A stretch of 32,000 nt of DNA, from positions 1,650,001 to 1,682,000 of the forward strand of contig NC_002939.5 in assembly GCF_000007985.2 (NCBI RefSeq), written 5' to 3'. Shown here in pieces: positions 8,570 to 16,429 of this stretch; position 1 is the first letter of the stretch; each line of letters opens with the position of its first letter. This stretch comes from Geobacter sulfurreducens PCA. Lineage in GTDB: Bacteria > Desulfobacterota > Desulfuromonadia > Geobacterales > Geobacteraceae. The notes under the pieces were generated by a model. It ran no database searches. It had not been told where the DNA came from and saw only the letters and a program-made list of their open reading frames with translations. The position numbers were made by a program, and so were the translations under genes.

Positions 8570-9934
8570 ATGTCTAGCATCCTCATTATAGGTGCCGGTC
8601 CCACCGGCCTTGGTGCGGCCCATCGTCTCCGTGGACTCGGGTTGGAGAATTGGCATCTCTTCGAGTCCACCGAGCAGATCGGCGGCCTCTCCGCCTCCTT
8701 CGTCGACGACCATGGCTTCACCTGGGACGTCGGCGGTCACGTCCTCTTTTCTCACTACGATTATTTTGACCGTGTGGTAGAGGAGGCCCTTGACGGCGCT
8801 TGGTATGAGCACCAGCGGGAGTGCTGGGTCCGCATCCGCGAAACATGGGTTCCGTACCCGTTCCAGAACAATATCCGTCACCTCCCGCCGGATGCCCTTG
8901 AAGAGTGTCTGGCTGGCCTTAAGGGGCTGGCCGGATCTCCAAGCCTTGCAGCCAACTTCCGTGAATGGATGGACCGTGTCTTCGGGGCCGGCATCGTCAA
9001 GCATTTCATGGAGCCGTACAACCGTAAAGTCTGGGGAGTGCCGCTGCATGAGATGTCCCGCGAGTGGATCGGCGAGCGGGTGAGCGTCATCGATCTGGCC
9101 CGCATTGAGAAGAACATAGCTGAGAAGACTGATGACGTGAACTGGGGGCCGAACAATACTTTCAAATTCCCTCACAAGGGTGGTACTGGAGCGATTTTCA
9201 GCAGCATCGCCACTCGTTTCCAGGATCGCATCTCGTTCTCCCATGAATTGACGGAGGTTAACCTTGCTGCCCGCGAACTCGGCTTTTCCAACGGTCGGCG
9301 CGAACGGTACGACTCCCTCATTACCACCATCCCCCTCGATATCTTCATTGGCCTCTGCAGGGACGTTCCCGAGTCAGTGCGCGAGGCTGCCAGTCGCCTG
9401 GTCCACAACAGCGGCCTCATCGTCGGCATCGGTGTCGAGGGGGAAAGGCGGGACAGCAAGTGCTGGATGTATTTCCCCGAGGACAATTGCCCCTTCTACC
9501 GGGTAACCAACTTTCACAACTATTCGCCATGGAACGTCCCGAATGGCGATACCAGCCGCTTTTTCTCGCTCATGTGCGAGACTACGTCCTCTCCGCACAA
9601 ACCGGTTAACCGCGCGGAGATCGTTGAAACAACCATCCAGGGACTGATAAACGCCGGCATGCTCACCGAAAGCGAACGAGAGCGGATCATCAGCCGATAC
9701 GTGATAGATATCCCGTATTCCTATCCCGTGCCTACCGTGGGCAGGGATGAAGCGCTTGCCGTGATCAATCCGTTCCTCGAATCACAGGGCGTGTATTCGC
9801 GAGGACGCTTCGGAGCATGGAAGTACGAGGTGGGCAATATGGACCATTCATTCATGCAGGGTGTAGAGGTGGCGGACCGCATCCTGAACGGTGCGGACGA
9901 GCCGACCGTGACCGGTAAGGGAGGGGATAGATGA
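8570..9934 (+). CDS. glf: UDP-galactopyranose mutase homologue, eukaryote-type (FAD-dependent)
   Basis: The N-terminal Rossmann motif is ILIIGAGPTGLGAAHRL. Further blocks are DVGGHVLFSHYDYFD, WVPYPFQNNIRHLP, GGTGAIF, CWMYFPEDNCPFYRVTNFHNYSPWN and SRGRFGAWKYEVGNMDHSFMQGVEVADRILNG. These match, from memory, the conserved blocks of fungal and kinetoplastid UGMs rather than the shorter classical bacterial Glf. Confidence 0.85.
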   Translation: MSSILIIGAGPTGLGAAHRLRGLGLENWHLFESTEQIGGLSASFVDDHGFTWDVGGHVLFSHYDYFDRVVEEALDGAWYEHQRECWVRIRETWVPYPFQNNIRHLPPDALEECLAGLKGLAGSPSLAANFREWMDRVFGAGIVKHFMEPYNRKVWGVPLHEMSREWIGERVSVIDLARIEKNIAEKTDDVNWGPNNTFKFPHKGGTGAIFSSIATRFQDRISFSHELTEVNLAARELGFSNGRRERYDSLITTIPLDIFIGLCRDVPESVREAASRLVHNSGLIVGIGVEGERRDSKCWMYFPEDNCPFYRVTNFHNYSPWNVPNGDTSRFFSLMCETTSSPHKPVNRAEIVETTIQGLINAGMLTESERERIISRYVIDIPYSYPVPTVGRDEALAVINPFLESQGVYSRGRFGAWKYEVGNMDHSFMQGVEVADRILNGADEPTVTGKGGDR

Positions 9935-10857
9935 GTATCGAGATGAGACGGGTGCGTGGAGGGATAGGGGATATCGCCACCTGCCCGTCCTGTCACAATG
10001 AGGTAAATAGCTTCAACTACCGTGTCGACTACGAAAGCGGTGAAAGCTTCATCTATAAGTGCCCATTTTGTGATCTGATGTTTATGTATCCGCTTATGCT
10101 TTCGGAGCTCACTAAACGGCCGATGGAGTCGGTGGATGATGCCGACATGTTCAACAGTTCGGTATTGAAGAGGCTTCACGAGCAGCTCATAGTCAAGAAG
10201 GAGATTGCCGTAGCGCGTGCTTTACTTGGCCGCCATAATTTTTCTCTCCTTGACGTGGGGTGTGGCACGGGCTGGATCTCTGCGATATGGCGTGACCTGG
10301 GTGCCGACGTGACGGGGTTGGAGCCTTCCGCAAGCCGGCGCAGGATTGCCCGGGAACGACATGGGATCAGAGTGCTCGATAGTTTTGTTGAGGAACTAGG
10401 CAGCGAAGAGAGCTTTGATGTCGTTACCATTAGACACGTATTGGAGCATCTGGAGAATCCGCTTGAGGCGCTCAGACATATTCATTCCCACACCAGGCAT
10501 GACGGGCTGTTAGTAGTTGTTGTACCTAATATCGACTGCCTGGGAAGATTTCTTTTCGATACGCGCTGGTCGTGGATTTTGCCGTGGCATTGCTTGTTTT
10601 TCAATCCACGCTCTTTGCAAGGGCTTGTCGAAAGGGCGGGCTTCAAGGTTGAGAATGTGTATCAGACCCCTTCGCCGCTTTGGTATCCAGAAAGTTTCTT
10701 CAGGGTTCTTCCCGGTTCATCAGAATTGAGAGAGAGATTTTATGCTCGACTTAATATTTGGGCACTTTTGCCGTTTGCTCCTCTCGTCGCTGCAGGTTAT
10801 CTTAGCGGGTTCAGCGATAATATAACCCTCATAGCGCGGGCTTGCCGTCATAAATGA
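9931..10857 (+). CDS. Class I SAM-dependent methyltransferase with N-terminal CxxC...CxxC zinc-ribbon-like motif
   Basis: SAM motif I is LLDVGCGTGW (about nt 10246-10275), followed by the RHVLEHLENP motif. The N-terminus carries CPSCHNE and CPFCD pairs. The start forms an ATGA overlap with the mutase stop (9931-9934). Confidence 0.8.
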   Translation: MSIEMRRVRGGIGDIATCPSCHNEVNSFNYRVDYESGESFIYKCPFCDLMFMYPLMLSELTKRPMESVDDADMFNSSVLKRLHEQLIVKKEIAVARALLGRHNFSLLDVGCGTGWISAIWRDLGADVTGLEPSASRRRIARERHGIRVLDSFVEELGSEESFDVVTIRHVLEHLENPLEALRHIHSHTRHDGLLVVVVPNIDCLGRFLFDTRWSWILPWHCLFFNPRSLQGLVERAGFKVENVYQTPSPLWYPESFFRVLPGSSELRERFYARLNIWALLPFAPLVAAGYLSGFSDNITLIARACRHK

Positions 10858-11945
10858 ATCCCCGGTTGCTCAAACTGATAGATAGTGTGGTGGGACGCAC
10901 TGCAGCAGCCATCATTCCCCCGCCATCGCTTGTTCTGCAGCCACACCTCCCCAAGTCCATCCTCGTCATCCGCCCCGGTGGCATCGGCGACGCTGCCCTC
11001 CTTGCTCCCGCGCTGCACGCACTGCAAAGGAGCTACCCCGGTGTCTCCATTGATATTCTGGCCGAACGGCGTAATGCCGGCGCTTTTGCTCTCTGTCCCG
11101 GCCTCCGTTCGGTTAGCCGCTACGACGTTCCCGCTGAGTTTTTTCCCGTGTTGCGTTCAAGCTATGATGTTGTCATCGATACGGAACAGTGGCACCGGCT
11201 TTCGGCGGTAGTGGCCCGAATTGTTCGGGCGGGGATCAAAATCGGCTTTGCGACCAATGAGCGCCGTCGTCTCTTCACCCATCCCATACCCTACGAGCAG
11301 GATGACTACGAGGCCGACAGCTTCATGCGACTGTTAACACCGCTCGGCATCAGAGGGGAAGGGGAGGCGGAATGCTCGTTTCTGGCTGTTCCTGCCAGGG
11401 ATGCCGAACTGGTCGATCAACTGCTCGGGGGACTGAAGGGGCGGCGATTCGTCGCACTGTTTCCCGGGGCAAGTATTGCGGAGCGGCGTTGGGGGGCGGA
11501 ACGCTTCGCGAGTCTTGCTGCGCTGCTGGTACAACGAGGCATCGGCGTCGTTGTGGTCGGAGGTGAGTCCGAGCGTGCCGCCGGCCGTACTGTGGAGGCG
11601 GCCGGCGGTCTGTCTCTGTGCGGAAGGACGGGGCTTGCCGCTACCGCAGCGGTGATCGGTCGGTCGGCTCTTCTCGTCAGCGGCGATTCGGGTATCCTTC
11701 ACATTGCCGTCGGTCTCGGCATACCCACAGTCTCACTTTTTGGCCCCGGCCGGGCGAAGAAGTGGGCGCCTCGCAACGGTTACCATACGGTGATCAACAA
11801 GGAGTTGCCCTGTTCCCCCTGCACCACCTTCGGATACACGCCGAAATGTCCTGGAAATGCGCGCTGCATGGCGGATATCACTGTGGATGAGGTTAAAGGC
11901 GCTGTTCTTGCTGTGCTTGAAAAAATAATATCTCATCCTAAATAA
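10854..11945 (+). CDS. Glycosyltransferase family 9 (heptosyltransferase-like)
   Basis: ILVIRPGGIGDAALLAPALHALQ, ...RRWGAERF... and LLVSGDSGILHIAVGLGIPTVSLFGP are the canonical GT9 pattern. The start forms an ATGA overlap with the previous stop (10854-10857). Confidence 0.85.
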   Translation: MNPRLLKLIDSVVGRTAAAIIPPPSLVLQPHLPKSILVIRPGGIGDAALLAPALHALQRSYPGVSIDILAERRNAGAFALCPGLRSVSRYDVPAEFFPVLRSSYDVVIDTEQWHRLSAVVARIVRAGIKIGFATNERRRLFTHPIPYEQDDYEADSFMRLLTPLGIRGEGEAECSFLAVPARDAELVDQLLGGLKGRRFVALFPGASIAERRWGAERFASLAALLVQRGIGVVVVGGESERAAGRTVEAAGGLSLCGRTGLAATAAVIGRSALLVSGDSGILHIAVGLGIPTVSLFGPGRAKKWAPRNGYHTVINKELPCSPCTTFGYTPKCPGNARCMADITVDEVKGAVLAVLEKIISHPK

Positions 11946-11949
11946 AGCC

Positions 11950-11978
11950 TTGACACCGTTTGAGCTGAGTGGTAAATG
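11950..11978 (+). promoter_or_regulatory. Putative sigma70-type promoter for tRNA-Val (and probably thrS)
   Basis: A perfect TTGACA sits at 11950-11955, followed by a 17-nt spacer and TAAATG at 11973-11978 (or GTAAAT with a 16-nt spacer). This is about 20 nt upstream of the tRNA 5' end. Confidence 0.45.
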
Positions 11979-11998
11979 ATGAAGCTCGTTTTGGTTGG

Positions 11999-12073
11999 AG
12001 GCGCGTAGCTCAGGGGGAGAGCGCTACCTTGACACGGTAGAGGTCGGCGGTTCGAGACCGCCCGCGCCTACCA
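11999..12073 (+). tRNA. tRNA-Val (anticodon GAC)
   Basis: Hand-folded cloverleaf. Acceptor AGGCGCG/CGCGCCT, D stem GCTC/GAGC, anticodon stem CTACC/GGTAG with loop TTGACAC, T stem GGCGG/CCGCC with loop TTCGAGA. The discriminator is A and CCA is encoded. Confidence 0.97.
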
Positions 12074-12104
12074 TTCAAAAAATGCTCGCGGCGAACGCTG
12101 TGGA

Positions 12105-12137
12105 AGGGGCATCGAAGGTTCGATGCCTCTTTCTGTT
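12105..12137 (+). terminator. Terminator-like hairpin between tRNA-Val and thrS
   Basis: An 11-bp stem AGGGGCATCGA / TCGATGCCTCT (one G-U) with loop AGGT is followed by TTCTGTT. It ends 1 nt before the thrS SD (AAGGGG, 12138-12143). Confidence 0.5.
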
Positions 12138-12149
12138 AAGGGGCCAGTG

Positions 12150-14060
12150 ATGGGAGACATCAGGGTAACGCTGCCGGATGGTTCAGAAAGAATTCTTGCC
12201 GAGGGCGCCACGGTGCGCGATCTTGCCGCCTCCATCGGGGCAGGGCTTGCCAAGGCTGCCATAGCCGGAAAGATCGACGGGGTTCAGGTCGATGTTACCG
12301 CCCCCCTGACCGACGGCGCCAGGGTCGAGATCATTACCGATAAGTCTGCGGATGGCCTTGACATCATCAGGCACTCCACCTCCCACCTCATGGCCCAGGC
12401 CGTCAAGCAGCTTTTCCCGACCGCCAAGGTTACCATCGGCCCTGCCGTTGAAACGGGCTTCTATTACGATTTCGACGTAGAAACCCCATTCAGTCCCGAA
12501 GATCTTGCCCGCATCGAGGAGCGGATGCGAGAGCTAGCCAAGGCCGACATTCCTGTCGAGCGCCAGGTGCTTTCCCGTGACGAGGCAGTGAAGCTTTTTC
12601 GTGACATGGGTGAAGAATACAAGGTCGAGATCATCGAGGCACTCCCCGAGGAGAGCGTTTCGCTCTATCGCCAGGGCGATTTCGTTGACCTGTGCCGCGG
12701 TCCTCACCTCCCTTCGACTTCCTTTTGCCGGGCGTTCAAGCTGACCTCTCTGGCCGGCGCCTACTGGCGCGGGGACGAGAAGAACAAGATGCTCCAGCGG
12801 GTCTACGGAACCGCCTTTGCGGACAAGAAGGAGCTCGACGCCTATCTGGAGAAGATCGAGGAGGCCAAGCGCCGCGACCATCGCAAGCTGGGCCGGGAGC
12901 TCGACCTCTTTTCCTTCTCTGACGATGTGGGGGCCGGTTTCGTCATCTGGCATCCGAAGGGTGCCATGCTTCGTACCCTGCTGGAGGATTTCGAGCGTCG
13001 GGAGCATCTCAAACGCGGCTATGACATCGTGGTCGGTCCCCAGATCCTGAAGACCGAACTCTGGCAGCGTTCCGGCCACTACGACAATTACCGCGAGAAC
13101 ATGTATTTCACCGAGGTTGAGGGGCAGGGGTTCGGCATCAAGCCGATGAACTGTCTTTCCCACATGATGATTTACAAGTCCCAGTTGCGCAGCTACCGGG
13201 ACCTGCCGCTCCGTTTCTTCGAGCTCGGCACGGTGCATCGCCATGAGCGCGCTGGCGTGCTGCACGGCCTCCTGCGGGTCCGCTGCTTCACCCAGGACGA
13301 TGCCCATATTCTCTGTACCCCCGAGCAGCTTGACGCCGAGATCAAGGGAGTCATCTCCTTTGTGAACGACGTCATGGGCATATTCGGATTCGACTACGAG
13401 ATGGAGCTTTCTACCCGGCCCGAGAAGTCCATCGGCTCCGACGAGGACTGGGAGCGCGCCACCGGTGCCCTGCTGGGTGCCCTCAAGGATTCGGGCAGGC
13501 CCTACGAGATCAACGAGGGAGACGGCGCATTTTACGGGCCGAAGATCGACATCAAGCTGCGCGATTCCCTTGACAGAAAGTGGCAGTGTGCTACAATCCA
13601 GTGCGATTTTACGCTCCCTGAACGGTTTGACCTGACCTATGTGGATGCGGATGGCGAGCGCAAGCGGCCGGTCATGGTCCATCGGGTCATTCTCGGGTCC
13701 ATCGAGCGGTTCATCGGTGTCCTTATTGAGCACTTCGCCGGCAATTTCCCGCTGTGGCTCTCGCCGGTTCAGGCCATTGTGCTGACCGTTACCGACAACC
13801 AGCAGCCCTACGCGGCGCAGGTGTTCGAGACGCTTCGGACAAACGGGGTGAGAGTTCAGAAGGATTTTCGCAACGAAAAGCTCGGGTTCAAGATCCGCGA
13901 GGCGCAGCTGCAGAAAATCCCCTACATGCTCGTCATCGGTGACAAGGAAGTCGAATCAGGTACGGTAACTCCCCGGTTCCGCGACGGGTCAAACCTCGCG
14001 GCCATGAAGCCGGAGGAGTTTGTTGCGTTTGTAAACGACGAAGTGAAACGCTTCAATTAG
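12150..14060 (+). CDS. thrS: Threonine--tRNA ligase
   Basis: The N-terminal TGS domain (IRVTLPDGS) is followed by class II core motifs ([10 protein letters not shown]-like [29 protein letters not shown]) and a C-terminal anticodon-binding domain. I chose ATG 12150 because it is 6 nt after AAGGGG; the track start at 12123 lies inside the upstream hairpin. Confidence 0.97.
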
Positions 14061-14071
14061 GAGGTGGTGCC

Positions 14072-14590
14072 ATAGCGAAGCCTACGGTAAATATCAATCA
14101 GGCCATACGGGCGCGCGAGGTGCGCGTTGTCGGCGCAGACAGCGAACAGCTGGGGATCATGTCTCTCCAGGAGGCTCTTGCGCTGGCTGAAGCACGGCAA
14201 CTCGACCTGGTGGAGGTTTCACCCACAGCGGTGCCGCCGGTTTGCCGGATCATGGATTACGGCAAGTTCAAGTACCAGCAAAGCAAAAAACTTCAGGAAG
14301 CACGGAAAAAGCAGTCCCACGTGCAGGTCAAGGAAGTAAAGCTCAGGCCCAAGACCGATGAGCATGACCTGATGACCAAGATCAAGCATGTGAGGCGCTT
14401 TATCGAGGAGGGAAACAAGGCGAAGGTAACCCTTGTGTTCCGGGGGCGTGAGATAACGCACCTGGAATTCGGTTCCCGGGCCCTCGACCGTGTTGCCGCC
14501 GAATTGGAAGATATCGCAGTTGTCGAATTCAAACCGAAGATGGAAGGGCGTAGCATGTTCATGATCGTTGCGCCCAAAGTCAAAAAATAG
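14072..14590 (+). CDS. infC: Translation initiation factor IF-3
   Basis: [14 protein letters not shown]...[16 protein letters not shown]...[14 protein letters not shown]...FRGREITH is unmistakably IF-3. The conserved N-terminal segment lies upstream of the first canonical start (GTG 14120). The in-frame ATA at 14072 sits 7 nt after a perfect AGGAGG (14059-14064) and gives a typical 172-aa product. Confidence 0.88.
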
Positions 14591-14627
14591 AGAAGCTACC
14601 GAGAACGCAGCAAAGGAGAATAGAGCA

Positions 14628-14825
14628 ATGCCCAAGATCAAGACCAATCGCGGTGCCGCAAAGCGCTTCAAGAAGACCGGTACCGGCAAGATCAAGCGGA
14701 GCCACGCCTTCACGAGTCACATCCTCACCTCCAAGACCAGAAAGCGTAAGCGTCAGCTTCGTTCCAGCGCTGTTGTGGCGGCAGTTGATCACAAGAATAT
14801 CGCCAAGCTTATCCCTTACATGTAA
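14628..14825 (+). CDS. rpmI: 50S ribosomal protein L35
   Basis: [24 protein letters not shown]... is 65 aa, and AAAGGAGAA lies upstream of ATG 14628. The track start at 14568 overlaps infC and is not credible. Confidence 0.97.
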
Positions 14826-14914
14826 CGGAGCCCGCTCCGTCATGACGCCGTGAACCGTGAGGAACTGTCTCCCCTTGCGGATCCGGCAAAATACCACAGA
14901 AGAAGGAGTAGTAG

Positions 14915-15268
14915 ATGCCACGGGTAAAAAGAGGTTTCAAAGCGAGACGCAGAAGAAACAAAGTACTCAAGCTAGCCAAGGGCTTCAGGGGCGCACGGAG
15001 CAAATTGTTCCGGAGTGCGACGGAGGCCGTCGACCGGGCGCTCAATTACGCGTTCCGCGACCGCAAGGTCAAGAAGCGTGACTTCCGGGCTCTCTGGATT
15101 ACGCGGATCAATGCGGCTTCCAGGCTCAACGGTCTTTCGTACAGCAAGCTCATTCATGGCCTCAAACAGGCCCAGGTTGAGATTGACCGCAAGGTCCTGG
15201 CTGATCTGGCCGTGTCGGACCCCAAGGGGTTCTCGGAAATCGCAACCCTCGCCAAAGCCCAGTTTTAG
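14915..15268 (+). CDS. rplT: 50S ribosomal protein L20
   Basis: [33 protein letters not shown]... is 117 aa, with the SD GAAGGAG upstream. Confidence 0.97.
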   Translation: MPRVKRGFKARRRRNKVLKLAKGFRGARSKLFRSATEAVDRALNYAFRDRKVKKRDFRALWITRINAASRLNGLSYSKLIHGLKQAQVEIDRKVLADLAVSDPKGFSEIATLAKAQF

Positions 15269-15289
15269 TGAAATCCTGAGGAATACAAA

Positions 15290-15326
15290 AAGAAATGGGA
15301 TGCTCTGCGTTCCATTTCTTTTTTTG
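15290..15326 (+). terminator. Rho-independent terminator/attenuator between rplT and pheS
   Basis: The stem AAGAAATGG(G)A / TCCATTTCTT has a loop of about 10 nt (TGCTCTGCGT), and its 3' arm runs straight into a T tract (8 T at 15319-15326). Confidence 0.8.
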
Positions 15327-15342
15327 TAAAGGGATACCGGAC

Positions 15343-16362
15343 ATGAAAGAAACGCTTGATCAACTGATGCAATCGGCCCTTGCGGAGATTGCCGGCGCAG
15401 CCTCCGAGGACGCCCTGCAGGAGTTGCGCGTCAGGTACCTGGGGAAAAAGGGTGAACTGACGGCGGTCATGAAGGGGCTTGGTTCGCTCTCGCCCGAAGA
15501 GCGTCCCCGCATGGGCCAAATGGTCAACACGGTCAAGGACCGGCTCGAGACCACGCTGGAGGAAACCCTGCAACGGGTCAGGGCTGCGGCTAAAAAGGAG
15601 CGCCTTGAGCGGGAACGCCTCGACGTGACGCTCCCCGGTCGTACGTCGCCTTTGGGAACCAAGCACCCCATCTCGCTCGTCATCGAGGAAATTTCGGACA
15701 TCTTCGCCGGCCTCGGCTTTCAGGTGGCCGAAGGCCCCGAGGTGGAGCTGGACTTTTACAACTTCGAGGCTCTCAATTTTCCCAAGGATCACCCGGCCCG
15801 GGACATGCAGGATACCTTTTTCGTTGATGACGACATCCTGCTGCGCACCCACACCTCTCCGGTCCAGGTCCGGACCATGCTCAAGCACGCACCTCCGGTC
15901 AGGATCATCTCGCCGGGCACGGTTTACCGGTGCGACTCCGATGCCACCCACTCTCCCATGTTCCATCAGATCGAAGGTTTCATGGTGGACAAGGGTGTTA
16001 CCTTCGGCGATCTGAAGGGGATACTGACCAACTTTGTGAACCAGTTCTTCGGCGCCGGAACAGGGGTTCGGTTACGTCCCTCATTCTTCCCCTTCACCGA
16101 GCCGAGCGCCGAGGTGGACATTGCCTGCGTCATGTGTAAAGGGCAGGGGTGCCGGGTCTGCAAGCAGAGCGGCTGGCTCGAAATTCTGGGTGCCGGCATG
16201 ATCGATCCGGAAGTCTATCGTCATGTTGGCTATGATCCCGAGTCGATCTCCGGCTTTGCGTTCGGCATGGGGATCGAGCGGGTCGCCATGCTCAAGTACG
16301 GCATCGGGGATCTGCGCCTGTTCTTCGATAATGATGTGCGGTTCCTGCAGCAATTTAGATAA
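15343..16362 (+). CDS. pheS: Phenylalanine--tRNA ligase alpha subunit
   Basis: MKETLDQL...[13 protein letters not shown]..., [33 protein letters not shown] and [11 protein letters not shown] align along the whole length with E. coli PheS. I chose ATG 15343 by that N-terminal alignment; the track start at 15295 is in frame upstream. Confidence 0.97.
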   Translation: MKETLDQLMQSALAEIAGAASEDALQELRVRYLGKKGELTAVMKGLGSLSPEERPRMGQMVNTVKDRLETTLEETLQRVRAAAKKERLERERLDVTLPGRTSPLGTKHPISLVIEEISDIFAGLGFQVAEGPEVELDFYNFEALNFPKDHPARDMQDTFFVDDDILLRTHTSPVQVRTMLKHAPPVRIISPGTVYRCDSDATHSPMFHQIEGFMVDKGVTFGDLKGILTNFVNQFFGAGTGVRLRPSFFPFTEPSAEVDIACVMCKGQGCRVCKQSGWLEILGAGMIDPEVYRHVGYDPESISGFAFGMGIERVAMLKYGIGDLRLFFDNDVRFLQQFR

Positions 16363-16429
16363 TCTGAATAGTTGGGCTCGTATTCTTCTGGTGAAACTTT
16401 AACTACTGCATCTCGGATAGAGTGAGAAT

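Noticed and set aside
8393-9244. 283-aa minus-strand ORF antisense to the mutase gene
   Set aside because: The plus-strand product has full-length family-specific motifs. The antisense product has none and crosses the GC boundary at 8.5 kb without any signal.
12105-12130. Hairpin loop AGGT read as a tRNA-Thr anticodon (GGU) mimic, i.e. a ThrRS operator
   Set aside because: The loop is 4 nt (6 or 8 if the end pairs open), not the 7-nt anticodon loop. The stem is 11 bp rather than 5 bp. The GGU could easily be chance. I kept it only as a terminator-like hairpin.
12534-13733. 399-aa minus-strand ORF covering most of thrS
   Set aside because: It is exactly antisense to an unmistakable thrS. The translation is Gly/Pro/Arg/Leu-rich with no recognisable motifs. 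This is the typical stop-poor shadow frame of high-GC coding DNA.
15265-15966. 233-aa minus-strand ORF antisense to pheS
   Set aside because: It is a shadow ORF, and pheS on the plus strand aligns end to end with E. coli PheS.
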